NCBI GenBank assembly: GCA_047150005.1
Contig: AP038806.1
Location: forward strand, 4,007,158 to 4,071,157
Length of the DNA: 64,000 nucleotides
Source: Nitrospira sp.
GTDB taxonomy: Bacteria > Nitrospirota > Nitrospiria > Nitrospirales > Nitrospiraceae
Direction: 5' to 3'
A program made the position numbers and the translations under genes. Below, one piece after another: positions 19,939 to 28,836 of this stretch. Position 1 is the stretch's first letter; every line of letters begins with the position of its first letter. The notes below the pieces were generated by a model, which saw nothing but the letters and a program-made list of their open reading frames with translations, was not told the DNA's origin and searched no databases.

Positions 19939-20829
19939 CTACATCACCATATTGCGGCTTGGCAACGTCACTCGGGGCAGTCCTGAAAGTGGATGGCAAT
20001 CCACGAGGACTCGGCACCGATACACGGTCTCCAACACATCCCGCTGAATGACCTCAGCTGGGAGACCGAGCCGAACGACTCGCCCCTGATCCAATAGCAG
20101 CACCCGGTCACAATACTGACTGGCCAAATTCAAGTCATGAGAGACCAAGACGATGGTCAGACCATGCTCCTGCTTGAGCCGATGCAACAGCGCACAGATC
20201 TCGATCTGGTGTTGAAGGTCAAGAAACGCAGTGGGCTCATCGAGTAAGAGCACCTGCGGATCTTGGGCGAGAGATCGAGCGATCACCACGCGCTGTCGTT
20301 CCCCGCCCGAGAGTTCCGTCACCGGACGTGCGGCCAGCTTCCAGACATCCATGGTCACCATCGCCTGCCGCGCAATGGTGCGATCGTCCCGGCTATCCCA
20401 TCCAAATCCCAGATGCCACGGCCTCCGGTGCCGATGAGGGAATCGTCCCATGAGGACCGTTTCGGCCACGGTGAAAGGGAAGCTCTGAGACGTATCCTGC
20501 GGAACGAATGAAACGTCTCGAGCGACATCCTCCTGTCTCAACTTCGAGAGAGGCTTCCCAAAGAGTGTGATGATTCCTTGTTGCTCCGGAATGACCTTCG
20601 CCAGCAACTTCAGCAATGACGTCTTGCCTGATCCATTCGGACCGACGATCCCAAGCGTCTCTCCAGGCTGCACAACAAAACTGACGTCTTGCAACGTCCA
20701 ACCAAGAGCGTCCGAATCCGGCCGTCCATAATGGAATCGCACATCGTGGAGATCATAGACGTGGAGGGGCTCTTCCTTGAGGAACTCCGACCGATCACCG
20801 CTGAAATCTCGTTCGACAGGAGCAGTCAC
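19939..20829 (-). CDS. btuD: Corrinoid ABC transporter ATPase (BtuD/FepC-like)
   Basis: GPNGSGKT, LSGGERQRV, LLLDEPTAFLD, SHDLNLA. Confidence 0.88.
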   Translation of the reverse strand: MTAPVERDFSGDRSEFLKEEPLHVYDLHDVRFHYGRPDSDALGWTLQDVSFVVQPGETLGIVGPNGSGKTSLLKLLAKVIPEQQGIITLFGKPLSKLRQEDVARDVSFVPQDTSQSFPFTVAETVLMGRFPHRHRRPWHLGFGWDSRDDRTIARQAMVTMDVWKLAARPVTELSGGERQRVVIARSLAQDPQVLLLDEPTAFLDLQHQIEICALLHRLKQEHGLTIVLVSHDLNLASQYCDRVLLLDQGRVVRLGLPAEVIQRDVLETVYRCRVLVDCHPLSGLPRVTLPSRNMVM

Positions 20830-21980
20830 AACATTCGATCCTTTCGGCGAACGAGAAGATAGACAAAGAACGGCCCGCCCACCAGCGCCGTCATGATTCC
20901 CACCGGTAACTCGGATGGCAAGAGAATGGTGCGGGCGAAGGTATCAGCGACCATCAAGAACGTCCCGCCGACCAACGCCGCGGCCGGCATCACGAGACGA
21001 TGGTCCGCTCCGACGATGAGACGCACCACATGGGGAATGACCATGCCGATGAAGCCCACCATTCCGCTGACGGAGACGGCCGCTCCGGTCATCAATGCCG
21101 AAAGCAGGAAAATGCGTCGCTTGGTCCGTTCAGTATCGATCCCGAGTGACCGTGCCGGTTCTTCACCGAATGCCAGAATGTTCAGCACCCCGGCCTGTTT
21201 GAGTAAGAATCCAAGACAGACAAGTACGTAGAGCGAAAACACCAGCAACGTAGGATGGGCTGGAGCCGTAAGCGATCCCATGAGCCAGATCATCATGCCA
21301 AAGGAACGGTTGGGGTCCATGATTGAGGTAATAAACATGATGAGGGCCGACAAAATTGCGTTGAGTATGACGCCGGCCAGCAACACGCTGTAGATCGGCA
21401 TTCGACCATTGCTCGCCGCCATCCGATAGATGACCAGCAGCGCCACCAGGCTACCGGCAAACCCACAGAGCGGCAAGACGGCCACCGGTAGTACGGTCGT
21501 ACCCACTCCGAACAGGACAGCAATGGATACACCGAGAGCCGCTCCACTCGACACGCCGAGCACGTAGGGATCGGCCAAGGGATTGCGCAGCAGCGCCTGC
21601 ACAGCAACCCCCACAGTTGCCAGACAGCCACCAACGAGAAATCCCAGAACGACTCGCGGCAAACGGACATACAGCAGAATCGTTGTCACCGTGTCGAGGT
21701 CGCCGACAGCATCACCGCTTTGTCCATTCGCCGGAAAGAGGACACGCAACATGTCGTTCACTCCGACGAATCGCGCCCCGAACTGGAGACACACGATGGC
21801 GGAGAGGACGGCCGAAGCCGAGAGAACGCCGATGATCATGGTCCATCGCCGAGTTCCCACCGTGGACTTTCGAAACACCTCGTCATCGGCGAGGTCAAAT
21901 GGCGGCGTTTTCGGTTTTGGTAATGAGGTACGAATCCCGGCCGATGACGAAGATACGGAAGGATCTGATGGCCACATCAT
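20826..21980 (-). CDS. btuC: Corrinoid ABC transporter permease (BtuC/FecCD)
   Basis: VRLPRV, RNPLADPYVLGVSSGA, GFIGMVIPH, ELPVGIMTALVGGPFF; ATGA overlap with the btuF stop. Confidence 0.88.
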   Translation of the reverse strand: MMWPSDPSVSSSSAGIRTSLPKPKTPPFDLADDEVFRKSTVGTRRWTMIIGVLSASAVLSAIVCLQFGARFVGVNDMLRVLFPANGQSGDAVGDLDTVTTILLYVRLPRVVLGFLVGGCLATVGVAVQALLRNPLADPYVLGVSSGAALGVSIAVLFGVGTTVLPVAVLPLCGFAGSLVALLVIYRMAASNGRMPIYSVLLAGVILNAILSALIMFITSIMDPNRSFGMMIWLMGSLTAPAHPTLLVFSLYVLVCLGFLLKQAGVLNILAFGEEPARSLGIDTERTKRRIFLLSALMTGAAVSVSGMVGFIGMVIPHVVRLIVGADHRLVMPAAALVGGTFLMVADTFARTILLPSELPVGIMTALVGGPFFVYLLVRRKDRML

Positions 21981-23080
21981 GGCGAGGGATGGACTTCGCC
22001 TGAGAGGTAAACCTCGGGGTGAATGGCTCGAGCGAGAAGCTCCAGTCCTTCCACAACCCGAGGCCCGGGACGATTGAGGGCATCGGATGACACCTCGAGG
22101 AGCTGTCGGTTTCGAACGGCCGAAAGGCTCTTCCAACGATTCCATTCGTTCTGTTCACTCTTTGGAACGCTCTCGACAGACCCGACGGGAAAAATGATGA
22201 CCTCCGGGTCTTCCTGCAACACCGTTTCCAGACTGAGTCTTGGATAGGGAGACTCGCTGCTTCGTGCGACATTAATTCCACCGGCCAATCCGATCATGTG
22301 ATGGATGTAACTTCCCGGTCCCACGGTGATGAGCGGATGACTATTGAGTACATAGAGCACGCGCTTCTCTTTCGAGGTTGCGACTCGTTTCGTCACTCGG
22401 GCAACGCGATCCCGCATGGTCCCCGTGATCGCATCGGACGTCTTCACCTTGTTGAATATTTTCCCCAAGCTCTGGATCTGCATCAGGATATCGTCGACCG
22501 TCTTCGCCTCAACCAGAAAGACGGGAATTCTGAGCTCTTCCAGCTTGACCAGTATGTCGGCACGGAGAAATTCCTGCGGCGCAACAATCATGTCTGGCCG
22601 AAGCGCAACCAGCGATTCAATATTGGGTCGAGCATATCCGATCTTTGGTTTGGACAGGGCGGCCGACGGATAGTTGCAAAGCTCCGTGACGCCGGCAATC
22701 TGCTCATCGAGCCCCAGAGCAAACAGCATTTCCGTAATGCTCGGAGCGAGCGACACAACCCGTGTAGGCGCCTTCGCAATGTAGAGTTTTCTTCCGGCAT
22801 CATCCACGAACGTCCGTGGCGTGATATTGGCCATGAAAGGCATCCCGGTTAGAATGCCCTGCTGTCGACGCTTCACAACGGAACTCCCATAGGCGTCGCC
22901 CAGACCACCGTCCGAGCCGGACACCACAATGAGGATGCTCAGGCATCCCAGAACGTAACCTGGAAATGACGTGGTGCGATTGCTCCGCACACCCCGGCCG
23001 CATCTCAACATGCGACGGAGCACCGGACGGATCCACCGGAGCGTCACAGTCGAATGAACTGGACGGAGGAAACAGATCAC
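21977..23080 (-). CDS. btuF: Corrinoid ABC transporter periplasmic binding protein (start uncertain, probably downstream of 23080)
   Basis: RVVSLAPSITEMLFALG, PNIESLVALRPD, AGGINV, LNRPGPRVVEGLE. Confidence 0.88.
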   Translation of the reverse strand: MICFLRPVHSTVTLRWIRPVLRRMLRCGRGVRSNRTTSFPGYVLGCLSILIVVSGSDGGLGDAYGSSVVKRRQQGILTGMPFMANITPRTFVDDAGRKLYIAKAPTRVVSLAPSITEMLFALGLDEQIAGVTELCNYPSAALSKPKIGYARPNIESLVALRPDMIVAPQEFLRADILVKLEELRIPVFLVEAKTVDDILMQIQSLGKIFNKVKTSDAITGTMRDRVARVTKRVATSKEKRVLYVLNSHPLITVGPGSYIHHMIGLAGGINVARSSESPYPRLSLETVLQEDPEVIIFPVGSVESVPKSEQNEWNRWKSLSAVRNRQLLEVSSDALNRPGPRVVEGLELLARAIHPEVYLSGEVHPSP

Positions 23081-23087
23081 CGTGCGG

Positions 23088-23129
23088 AAAATAAAAAATC
23101 CTCAAGGCCTAGTGGCGACCCTGAGGATT
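23088..23129 (-). terminator. Intrinsic terminator in the btuF leader (riboswitch expression platform)
   Basis: Minus strand AATCCTCAGGG...CCTTGAGGATT followed by TTTTATTTT, lying between the riboswitch and btuF. Confidence 0.75.
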
Positions 23130-23185
23130 GCACCCGCTTCTTCATCCTCGCCTGCTCCCCAGCCCACGAGGGAACAGTTGGCAAT

Positions 23186-23331
23186 CCTCCAAGCAGGTCT
23201 TCTGGCTTATGGGTCACCCTACTCCCCGCGCCTTCCCATCCAATAAGTTGGACAGTGGTTTTCGCAGGTTTCGTCCCCACTGACAGCGGCGGGACCGCGA
23301 GGGATTTGCACCCTCTTCCCTTACCTGAAGG
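23186..23331 (-). ncRNA. Cobalamin riboswitch at the head of the btu/cob operon
   Basis: Minus strand AAGGGAAGAGGGTGCAAATCCCTCGCGGTCCCGCCGCTGTCA...ACCACTG...GGGAAGG...AAGCCAGAAGACCTGC. Confidence 0.92.
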
Positions 23332-23345
23332 TTATATGAGGGGGC

Positions 23346-23375
23346 ACTCTAGGAGAGAGGGACAAAACTTGTCAA
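23346..23375 (-). promoter_or_regulatory. Putative sigma70 promoter of the btu/cob operon
   Basis: TTGACA-N18-TAGAGT immediately upstream of the riboswitch. Confidence 0.6.
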
Positions 23376-23562
23376 GTTCAATATTGTCCGCATTGTCAGT
23401 GGCAATGCTCCCGACGCATCGCCCGCCAAGGAAGCCCCCTCAAAATGGCGAGCAACTGGGGCAATTCGTATAGTTCGTATAGGATGTAGCCGGGCATGGG
23501 CTTTGCTGCACTTCGGAATGCTATCGGAATCCGGTTGGAGTCCTTTCTCAGCAGGCTGCCCC

Positions 23563-24969
23563 ATGAAACACCTGATCATCGCGCTGGCGACCCTCTGGAT
23601 TCTGTTCCAAGTCACCTCATTGATTGGTCTCTCGAACAATCCATCCGGCATCACCCCGCTGGCCCGCTTGGCCGAACCTCCTGCAGTCCATCTCACCGAT
23701 CCCTATCGCAACGCCTATTTCTTTCTGTTGGGACTGACCTCCTCCGCGACGCTCGATCCTGGGAAAGTCGGCTACGAGATGTGGGTCGAAGCGCGCGAAA
23801 CGTCGGACGGTCGCCGATTCGACTACGACAAGCCGGGGCGACTCGACCTCCAGGTAGCGCTCCCTCTCGGACAAGCGTTTCCACTCTGGGATGCGGAGGA
23901 TCCGGCCAGCGCATTTCGCGACAAGAGCACCCCGGTCAAGACCTGGACGTCCCGGCATGGTCTTCTTCTGACACGGTACGACCGCTGGATGGACATGTCG
24001 TTCGAGGATCGGGGGTTCGGCCAGCGCGCGACGCCGCGGTTTGCGGAGACGATGTTCGCCCATCGATTGTACGTTGCCGACGGATTTTCACGATCCACCG
24101 CTGCCGGATTGGATCGATTGACCAAGGAGCTGGTGTTCTGGCGCATGGTGCTTCGCGAGGCGACGACGCTCGACATGACGGTCGCCGCTCAATTCGTCCT
24201 TCAAGACGACGCAAGATTGATTTCGAGAATGGTTGCACGAGCTGTCGTAGACAAGACGCTTCTGGTCACCGCCTTGCAACTCATGGTTCCGCTGACCTCG
24301 TCCGAATATTCTCTCCGATGGCCGATTCGGCATCAGTTGGCGGTCATAGGCCGAGAGGCGCAAAGTCGTTCCACTCCCGTAAAGAATTCGCCGGTCGCGA
24401 GCAATCCCGAACGTGATTGGCTCATTGCCACGACACAGCTTCCGAACGATGCCTTTGCAAAGATCGAACATCCCGGGCCGCCGTCGTTTCTCGGCCATTC
24501 GTTGGGCAGTCGACAAACGGACGAAATGTATGCGGCATACTATGAAGCGATCATGAAGGCCTCCGGTACCGGAGAGGGATCGTTGCCTACCTTGCACCAG
24601 GTTTCCGGTAATGTACACCGCGGATTTCTGGAGAACCTGTTGAATCCCGCGCCGTTCGAGCCGGACTGGAATATCTTTCGCCATCAATTGATGGAAACCG
24701 ACGCCCGGCTCCGTCTCGCATCGCTGCAAATCAAATTGCGACGGCCGAGCGGCACGACCGCGGTGCCGACCAGACTTGCCGAGGTCGGCTCGCAGTACTT
24801 CGACCCGTTCACGGGATTGCCGATGTTGTGGAGTCAGACTCAGCAAAAAATCTACAGCGTCGGGAAAGATCGGCTTGACGACGGGGCCGACGCGTCGTTT
24901 GACATCACGGCTCCTGCGCTCGTTGGTCCGACACCCCGGAGCGCCACGGGTAAGGATGCTCAGCTGTAA
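23563..24969 (+). CDS. Hypothetical secreted or membrane-anchored protein
   Basis: Long ORF filling the gap; hydrophobic N-terminus MKHLIIALATLWILF; C-terminal DPFTG...YSVGKDRLDDG motif; ORF track start is 23503. Confidence 0.7.
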   Translation: MKHLIIALATLWILFQVTSLIGLSNNPSGITPLARLAEPPAVHLTDPYRNAYFFLLGLTSSATLDPGKVGYEMWVEARETSDGRRFDYDKPGRLDLQVALPLGQAFPLWDAEDPASAFRDKSTPVKTWTSRHGLLLTRYDRWMDMSFEDRGFGQRATPRFAETMFAHRLYVADGFSRSTAAGLDRLTKELVFWRMVLREATTLDMTVAAQFVLQDDARLISRMVARAVVDKTLLVTALQLMVPLTSSEYSLRWPIRHQLAVIGREAQSRSTPVKNSPVASNPERDWLIATTQLPNDAFAKIEHPGPPSFLGHSLGSRQTDEMYAAYYEAIMKASGTGEGSLPTLHQVSGNVHRGFLENLLNPAPFEPDWNIFRHQLMETDARLRLASLQIKLRRPSGTTAVPTRLAEVGSQYFDPFTGLPMLWSQTQQKIYSVGKDRLDDGADASFDITAPALVGPTPRSATGKDAQL

Positions 24970-25075
24970 GTCCACCTCCTCCATCTCTGCCCGGTTGGAT
25001 CCCAGTCGACAGTGCCATATCCAGGCTTCCACCTCCCGGTAGTGGGTCAGTCTGCCATCCGAAGCACTGAAGTGT

Positions 25076-25097
25076 GTCATTCCCGCGGAAGCGGGGA
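25076..25097. repeat. Left part of a REP-like palindrome (GTCATTCCCGCGGAAGCGGG...), interrupted by the IS and continuing as GAATCCAG at 26135
   Basis: Joining the IS flanks gives GTCATTCCCGCGGAAGCGGGGAATCCAG; a degenerate inverted partner lies at 26183-26207. Confidence 0.7.
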
Positions 25098-26087
25098 GGT
25101 GGAGTCACATTTGAAGTGCAACAGATCACGAGTAAACACCTCGGCCGGTGTCTCATAGTCGAGACACTTGCGCGGGGTGTGATTATACGCCCGCACCAGC
25201 GCCAGCAAGCGGCGGGTGGAGAGCGTGGCCAAGTCAGTTTTCCGGGGGAGGGCACGGCGCATCCGGCCGATACCGTTTTCGATACCCCCTTTTTGCCACG
25301 GGGCATGCGGGTCACAAAAGTAGGTGCGCATGCCGAGCGGGTGCAGCTGATCGTGATACGCGAACTCCGTGCCGTTATCGAACGTGATGGTCCGGCGCAG
25401 GGCCGGAGGCAGGGCGGCAAACAGCGCCGTGAGTCGGGCGGCCACCGGCTGGGCCCCCTTCGTGGGTTGCCGGCTGGCCACCAACACGCGCGAGCGGCGT
25501 TCCTGCGTCACCAGGACCGCCTGGCCATATTTCGCAAACAGCATCAGATCGGCCTCCCAATGGCCAGGGTCCTGCCGCTGCTGGATCGCCGCCGGTCGCT
25601 CGCTAATGGGGACGCGGCTGCGGATGTGGTCCACGGCACTGCCGCCTTTGCGCCCCCGCCACCCGCGTTTGCTTTTGCCCCGCGGCAAATAATGCCGCCA
25701 GCGATAGTCTTTCGTCCGGCGGATCTGGCTGGCGATGAAGCGGTAGATCGACTCGGAGCTGATGCGCAGCGCGCAGCCGTCGCGCTTGAGCCGGCCGGCG
25801 ACTTGAGCGGGCGACCAGCCCTGCCCCAACCAGCGCAGGACGTGGGCCTGCAGCGCCGGTTGCCGGAGCAGACGACTCCCGCGCCAGCGGCGGCTGCGGG
25901 TCTGCTCCTGGGCATAGGCAGGCGCATAGCCCACCTGGGCGCCGCGATTGCGCCTCAGTTCCCGCAGAATGGTCGATGGCGCGCGATCCAGAGCTGCTGC
26001 AATTTGGCGGATGGTTTGCCCGGCTTCGCGAGCCCGGGCAATCGTACACCGGTCTTCCAAGGAGAGCTGCGCATAGTGTCGTCCCAT
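25077..26087 (-). CDS. IS30-family DDE transposase
   Basis: HTH RQIAAALDRAPSTILRELRRN, ISSESIYRFI, GHWEADL, TITFDNGTEF, PWQKGGIENGIGRMRR, YNHTPRKCLDYETPAE. Confidence 0.95.
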   Translation of the reverse strand: MGRHYAQLSLEDRCTIARAREAGQTIRQIAAALDRAPSTILRELRRNRGAQVGYAPAYAQEQTRSRRWRGSRLLRQPALQAHVLRWLGQGWSPAQVAGRLKRDGCALRISSESIYRFIASQIRRTKDYRWRHYLPRGKSKRGWRGRKGGSAVDHIRSRVPISERPAAIQQRQDPGHWEADLMLFAKYGQAVLVTQERRSRVLVASRQPTKGAQPVAARLTALFAALPPALRRTITFDNGTEFAYHDQLHPLGMRTYFCDPHAPWQKGGIENGIGRMRRALPRKTDLATLSTRRLLALVRAYNHTPRKCLDYETPAEVFTRDLLHFKCDSTSPLPRE

Positions 26088-26134
26088 TGCAACACCTTAC
26101 CCCACAGGTGTTGCACTTCGTTTGTGAATCTAGG
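25098..26134 (-). mobile_element. IS30-family insertion sequence
   Basis: Imperfect terminal inverted repeats TGGAGTCACATTTGAAGTGCAACA (25100-25123) and TAGATTCACAAACGAAGTGCAACA (26132-26109, reverse), 19/24 identical and resembling IS30 ends; GA dinucleotide on both flanks (25096-25097, 26135-26136). Confidence 0.85.
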
Positions 26135-26182
26135 GAATCCAGTCAAGGTCTGCTCCTCAGCATTGAGTCTTGATCGAGAAGT

Positions 26183-26207
26183 GGATGCTCGCCTTCATCG
26201 GCATGAC
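26183..26207. repeat. Degenerate inverted partner of the REP-like unit
   Basis: GGATGCTCGCCTTCATCGGCATGAC approximates the reverse complement of GTCATTCCCGCG.A.GCGGGAATCC. Confidence 0.5.
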
Positions 26208-26317
26208 GCAAGGTGAAACTAACTCACGACCCACCGCCGCACAGGCTTGTCACATCCATCGGCTCTGTGGTAGATTTCCTGCTTGTCTGTCACTTGACTT
26301 AGCCCAAGGAGCCTCCC

Positions 26318-26509
26318 GTGGCATTTGCATGCGATATCTGCCTCAAACGGCATCAGACCGGTCACAACGTCAGCCATGCGAACAACAAGACCAAGCGTTC
26401 GTTCAACCCCAATCTTCAACGGGTGAGGGCCATCGTCGACGGATCGACGAAACGCATTCGCGTCTGCACTCGCTGTCTGCGGAGCGGTTTGGTCAAGAAG
26501 GCCGTCTAG
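26318..26509 (+). CDS. rpmB: 50S ribosomal protein L28 (four-Cys form)
   Basis: [33 protein letters not shown] start after AAGGAG; TTGTCA-N18-TAGATT upstream. Confidence 0.95.
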   Translation: MAFACDICLKRHQTGHNVSHANNKTKRSFNPNLQRVRAIVDGSTKRIRVCTRCLRSGLVKKAV

Positions 26510-26588
26510 CCGCCGATCTCGAACCCTCCGACGGTTCCCGTCCCTGATTTCAAGACACTTCGGATTGGCCTCCAGGACTGGTTCCTCC

Positions 26589-26930
26589 CTACGGAGCGGA
26601 CCAGAGCACGCGGCCGGAACGGTCGCTGAGCTTGATCGCAAGAGGCTCGTCTGGCGAGAGCGCCAGCTTCTTGCTTCCATCTCTACTGGTAAGGATGAAC
26701 CCGACTTCTCCTTGAGGATCGAGCCCAAGACCCGCCCGTGCCTTGCCGCTTGAATCCAGCAGAAGAAACTCCTCCGCATTGATGCCCTTCGCCTTCTCGG
26801 CGCCTGCGCTGCTCGCATCGAAAATCATGCCGCCCAAAGCCGCACCCATCACGTTTCCCAAGAAAACCACCGCAAGGAAGAGAGCGTATTGACTTCGAGT
26901 CACGACAGATCCTTTCTGTGAAAGAGGCAA
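26589..26930 (-). CDS. Small hypothetical membrane-anchored or secreted protein
   Basis: Hydrophobic N-terminus, then AEEFLLLDSSGKARAGLGL...LSDRSGRVLWSAP; fills the gap between tRNA-Gly and rpmB. Confidence 0.6.
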   Translation of the reverse strand: MPLSQKGSVVTRSQYALFLAVVFLGNVMGAALGGMIFDASSAGAEKAKGINAEEFLLLDSSGKARAGLGLDPQGEVGFILTSRDGSKKLALSPDEPLAIKLSDRSGRVLWSAP

Positions 26931-27039
26931 GTCAGCGGCGACGGGCCGTTGAATTGAGCTTTGGGACGAAACAGAACCGAGGATTGAACGGAAGAGTCAG
27001 AAACGGTTGAGGCACTGTTCGGGTCGAGCAAGCTTGGTT

Positions 27040-27114
27040 TGGAGCGGGCGATGGGATTTGAACCCACGACAACTAGCTTGGGAAGCTAGGACTCTACCAC
27101 TGAGCTACGCCCGC
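27040..27114 (-). tRNA. tRNA-Gly (anticodon CCC)
   Basis: GCGGGCGTAGCTCAGTGGTAGAG..CTAGCTTCCCAAGCTAG..GGGTTCAAATCCC..CGCCCGCTCCA folds as a cloverleaf with encoded CCA. Confidence 0.97.
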
Positions 27115-27167
27115 TCGCTGCCTCGAATCCTACGCCGCGGCGGCGATTTAAGTCAAGGAAGCCGCTT

Positions 27168-28379
27168 CTATGGCAGGACCTCAATCAGCGCAAACTTTCT
27201 CTTTCCCACTTTGATCCGGTAGGTGCTCCCGGGATTGAGCGTCAGCACGGCGTTCGCGTCGCTCTGCTTGACCCCCTCGACCTCGATCCCGCCCTGAATG
27301 ACGAGACGGCGCGCTTCGCTCTTGCTTGCCAACAGCTTGGTCATGGCGACGAGATCGACAAGGCCGACCGTCCCGCCTACGCCAAGATCATCTTTAGTGA
27401 CCTTCACACGCACATCCGGTTCGCTGGGAAACTCCCGCTCCTGAAATTTCAGCTGGAACGATTCTCGAGCGGCACGACCGGCCTCCTGTCCATGGTAGAG
27501 CGCGACGATATGCTGTGCCAGGTTCTGCTTGGCTTCCATCGGATGCGACGTCTTCACTGAGGCCAGATCCTCGGTCGTCAGCACCTCATAGTATCGGATC
27601 ATGAGTTCGTCGCTGATCGACATGATCTTCCCGAACATCTCCCCCGGCGGATCTTCCAGCCCCACATAGTTGCCGAGACTCTTGCTCATCTTCTTGCCGC
27701 CGAAGATTCCTTCAAGCAGCGGCATGGTCATCACGGCTTGAGGTTCCTGGCCATAGTCACGCTGCAGGTCGCGTCCGACGAGCAGATTGAACTTCTGATC
27801 CGTTCCTCCTAATTCCACGTCGGCCTTCAGAACGACGGAATCATACCCTTGAACCAGGGGATAGAGAAATTCGTGGACGCTGATGGGCTTCTGCTCCTGA
27901 TACCGCTTGTGAAAATCGTCTCGCTCCATCATGCGGGCGACGCGGTAATGCGCGGCGAGCTCGACCAATTCTGCGGCAGTCATCGCGCTCATCCATCGAC
28001 TGTTGAATTCGATGGTCGTCTTCTTAGGATCCAAGAGCTTGAAGATCTGCCTTTCGTACGTCTCCGCGTTGGCCAGAACCTGATCCCTGGTGAGCGCTTT
28101 TCTGGTTTCAGATACGCCGGTGGGATCTCCGATCATCCCCGTAAAGTCGCCGATCAAAAAGATCACTTCGTGCCCGAGATCCTGGAAATGCTTCAACTTG
28201 TGAATCAGGACGGTATGACCGAGATGCAGATCAGGCGCGGTCGGGTCGAAGCCGGCTTTGACCCGCAACGGCCGCTTGGCGGCCAGCGCTCGGCTGAGCT
28301 TGGACTCCAATTCGGCCGGCTGAATCACTTCGACCGTCCCGCGAAGAATTAGATCGAGCTGCCGTGCCAGTTCACTCAT
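27168..28379 (-). CDS. tyrS: Tyrosine-tRNA ligase
   Basis: [36 protein letters not shown]-terminal S4 domain. Confidence 0.97.
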   Translation of the reverse strand: MSELARQLDLILRGTVEVIQPAELESKLSRALAAKRPLRVKAGFDPTAPDLHLGHTVLIHKLKHFQDLGHEVIFLIGDFTGMIGDPTGVSETRKALTRDQVLANAETYERQIFKLLDPKKTTIEFNSRWMSAMTAAELVELAAHYRVARMMERDDFHKRYQEQKPISVHEFLYPLVQGYDSVVLKADVELGGTDQKFNLLVGRDLQRDYGQEPQAVMTMPLLEGIFGGKKMSKSLGNYVGLEDPPGEMFGKIMSISDELMIRYYEVLTTEDLASVKTSHPMEAKQNLAQHIVALYHGQEAGRAARESFQLKFQEREFPSEPDVRVKVTKDDLGVGGTVGLVDLVAMTKLLASKSEARRLVIQGGIEVEGVKQSDANAVLTLNPGSTYRIKVGKRKFALIEVLP

Positions 28380-28407
28380 GCAGAAATCTCTCTATCCCTT
28401 CCGGTTT

Positions 28408-28836
28408 TTAGGCGGTTACCTGGACCAGATTCTTGATCTTGTCGAACTTCTTCTTTCCGATGCCTTTCACGTCGCGCAAGTCCTCGACGCGGTTGAACGA
28501 CCCGATGTCCTGTCGATACCTCACAATCCGGCCCGCCAGAACCGCTCCGATGCCGGGAAGCGACTCCAACTCCTTCTCCGTCGCCCGGTTCAAATCAAGT
28601 TTCCCGACCGTTTTCGCCACTGAAGACCGCTTGACCGGTTCGGCGGTCTGTCCAATCGGTCTTGGAATCGGAACCGCGTCGGCCGGTCCTTCGGCGTGGA
28701 GCGTCGGACCAACCTCTTCCGATGCTGCAGGCACACCGTCGGATTCCGGCTGCGGGATGGTCCATCCGATCCAAAAAATCACGCCCAGAGTGAGCGCGAC
28801 CATTGCAACTTTGATCAATAATGAGACAATCATCAA
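28408..28836 (-). CDS. comEA: ComEA-like helix-hairpin-helix DNA-binding protein
   Basis: N-terminal TM; LDLNRATEKELESLPGIG..LA.RIVRYR...F..VEDLRDVKGIGKK. Confidence 0.85.
   Translation of the reverse strand: MMIVSLLIKVAMVALTLGVIFWIGWTIPQPESDGVPAASEEVGPTLHAEGPADAVPIPRPIGQTAEPVKRSSVAKTVGKLDLNRATEKELESLPGIGAVLAGRIVRYRQDIGSFNRVEDLRDVKGIGKKKFDKIKNLVQVTA

Noticed and set aside
25074..26216. 380-aa plus-strand ORF spanning the IS
   Set aside because: Antisense to the transposase and crosses both element ends; no protein motifs
27040..27114. tRNA-Gly (and tRNA-Leu at 49949) as prophage or island attachment sites
   Set aside because: No integrase, phage genes or duplicated tRNA 3' end seen in the window
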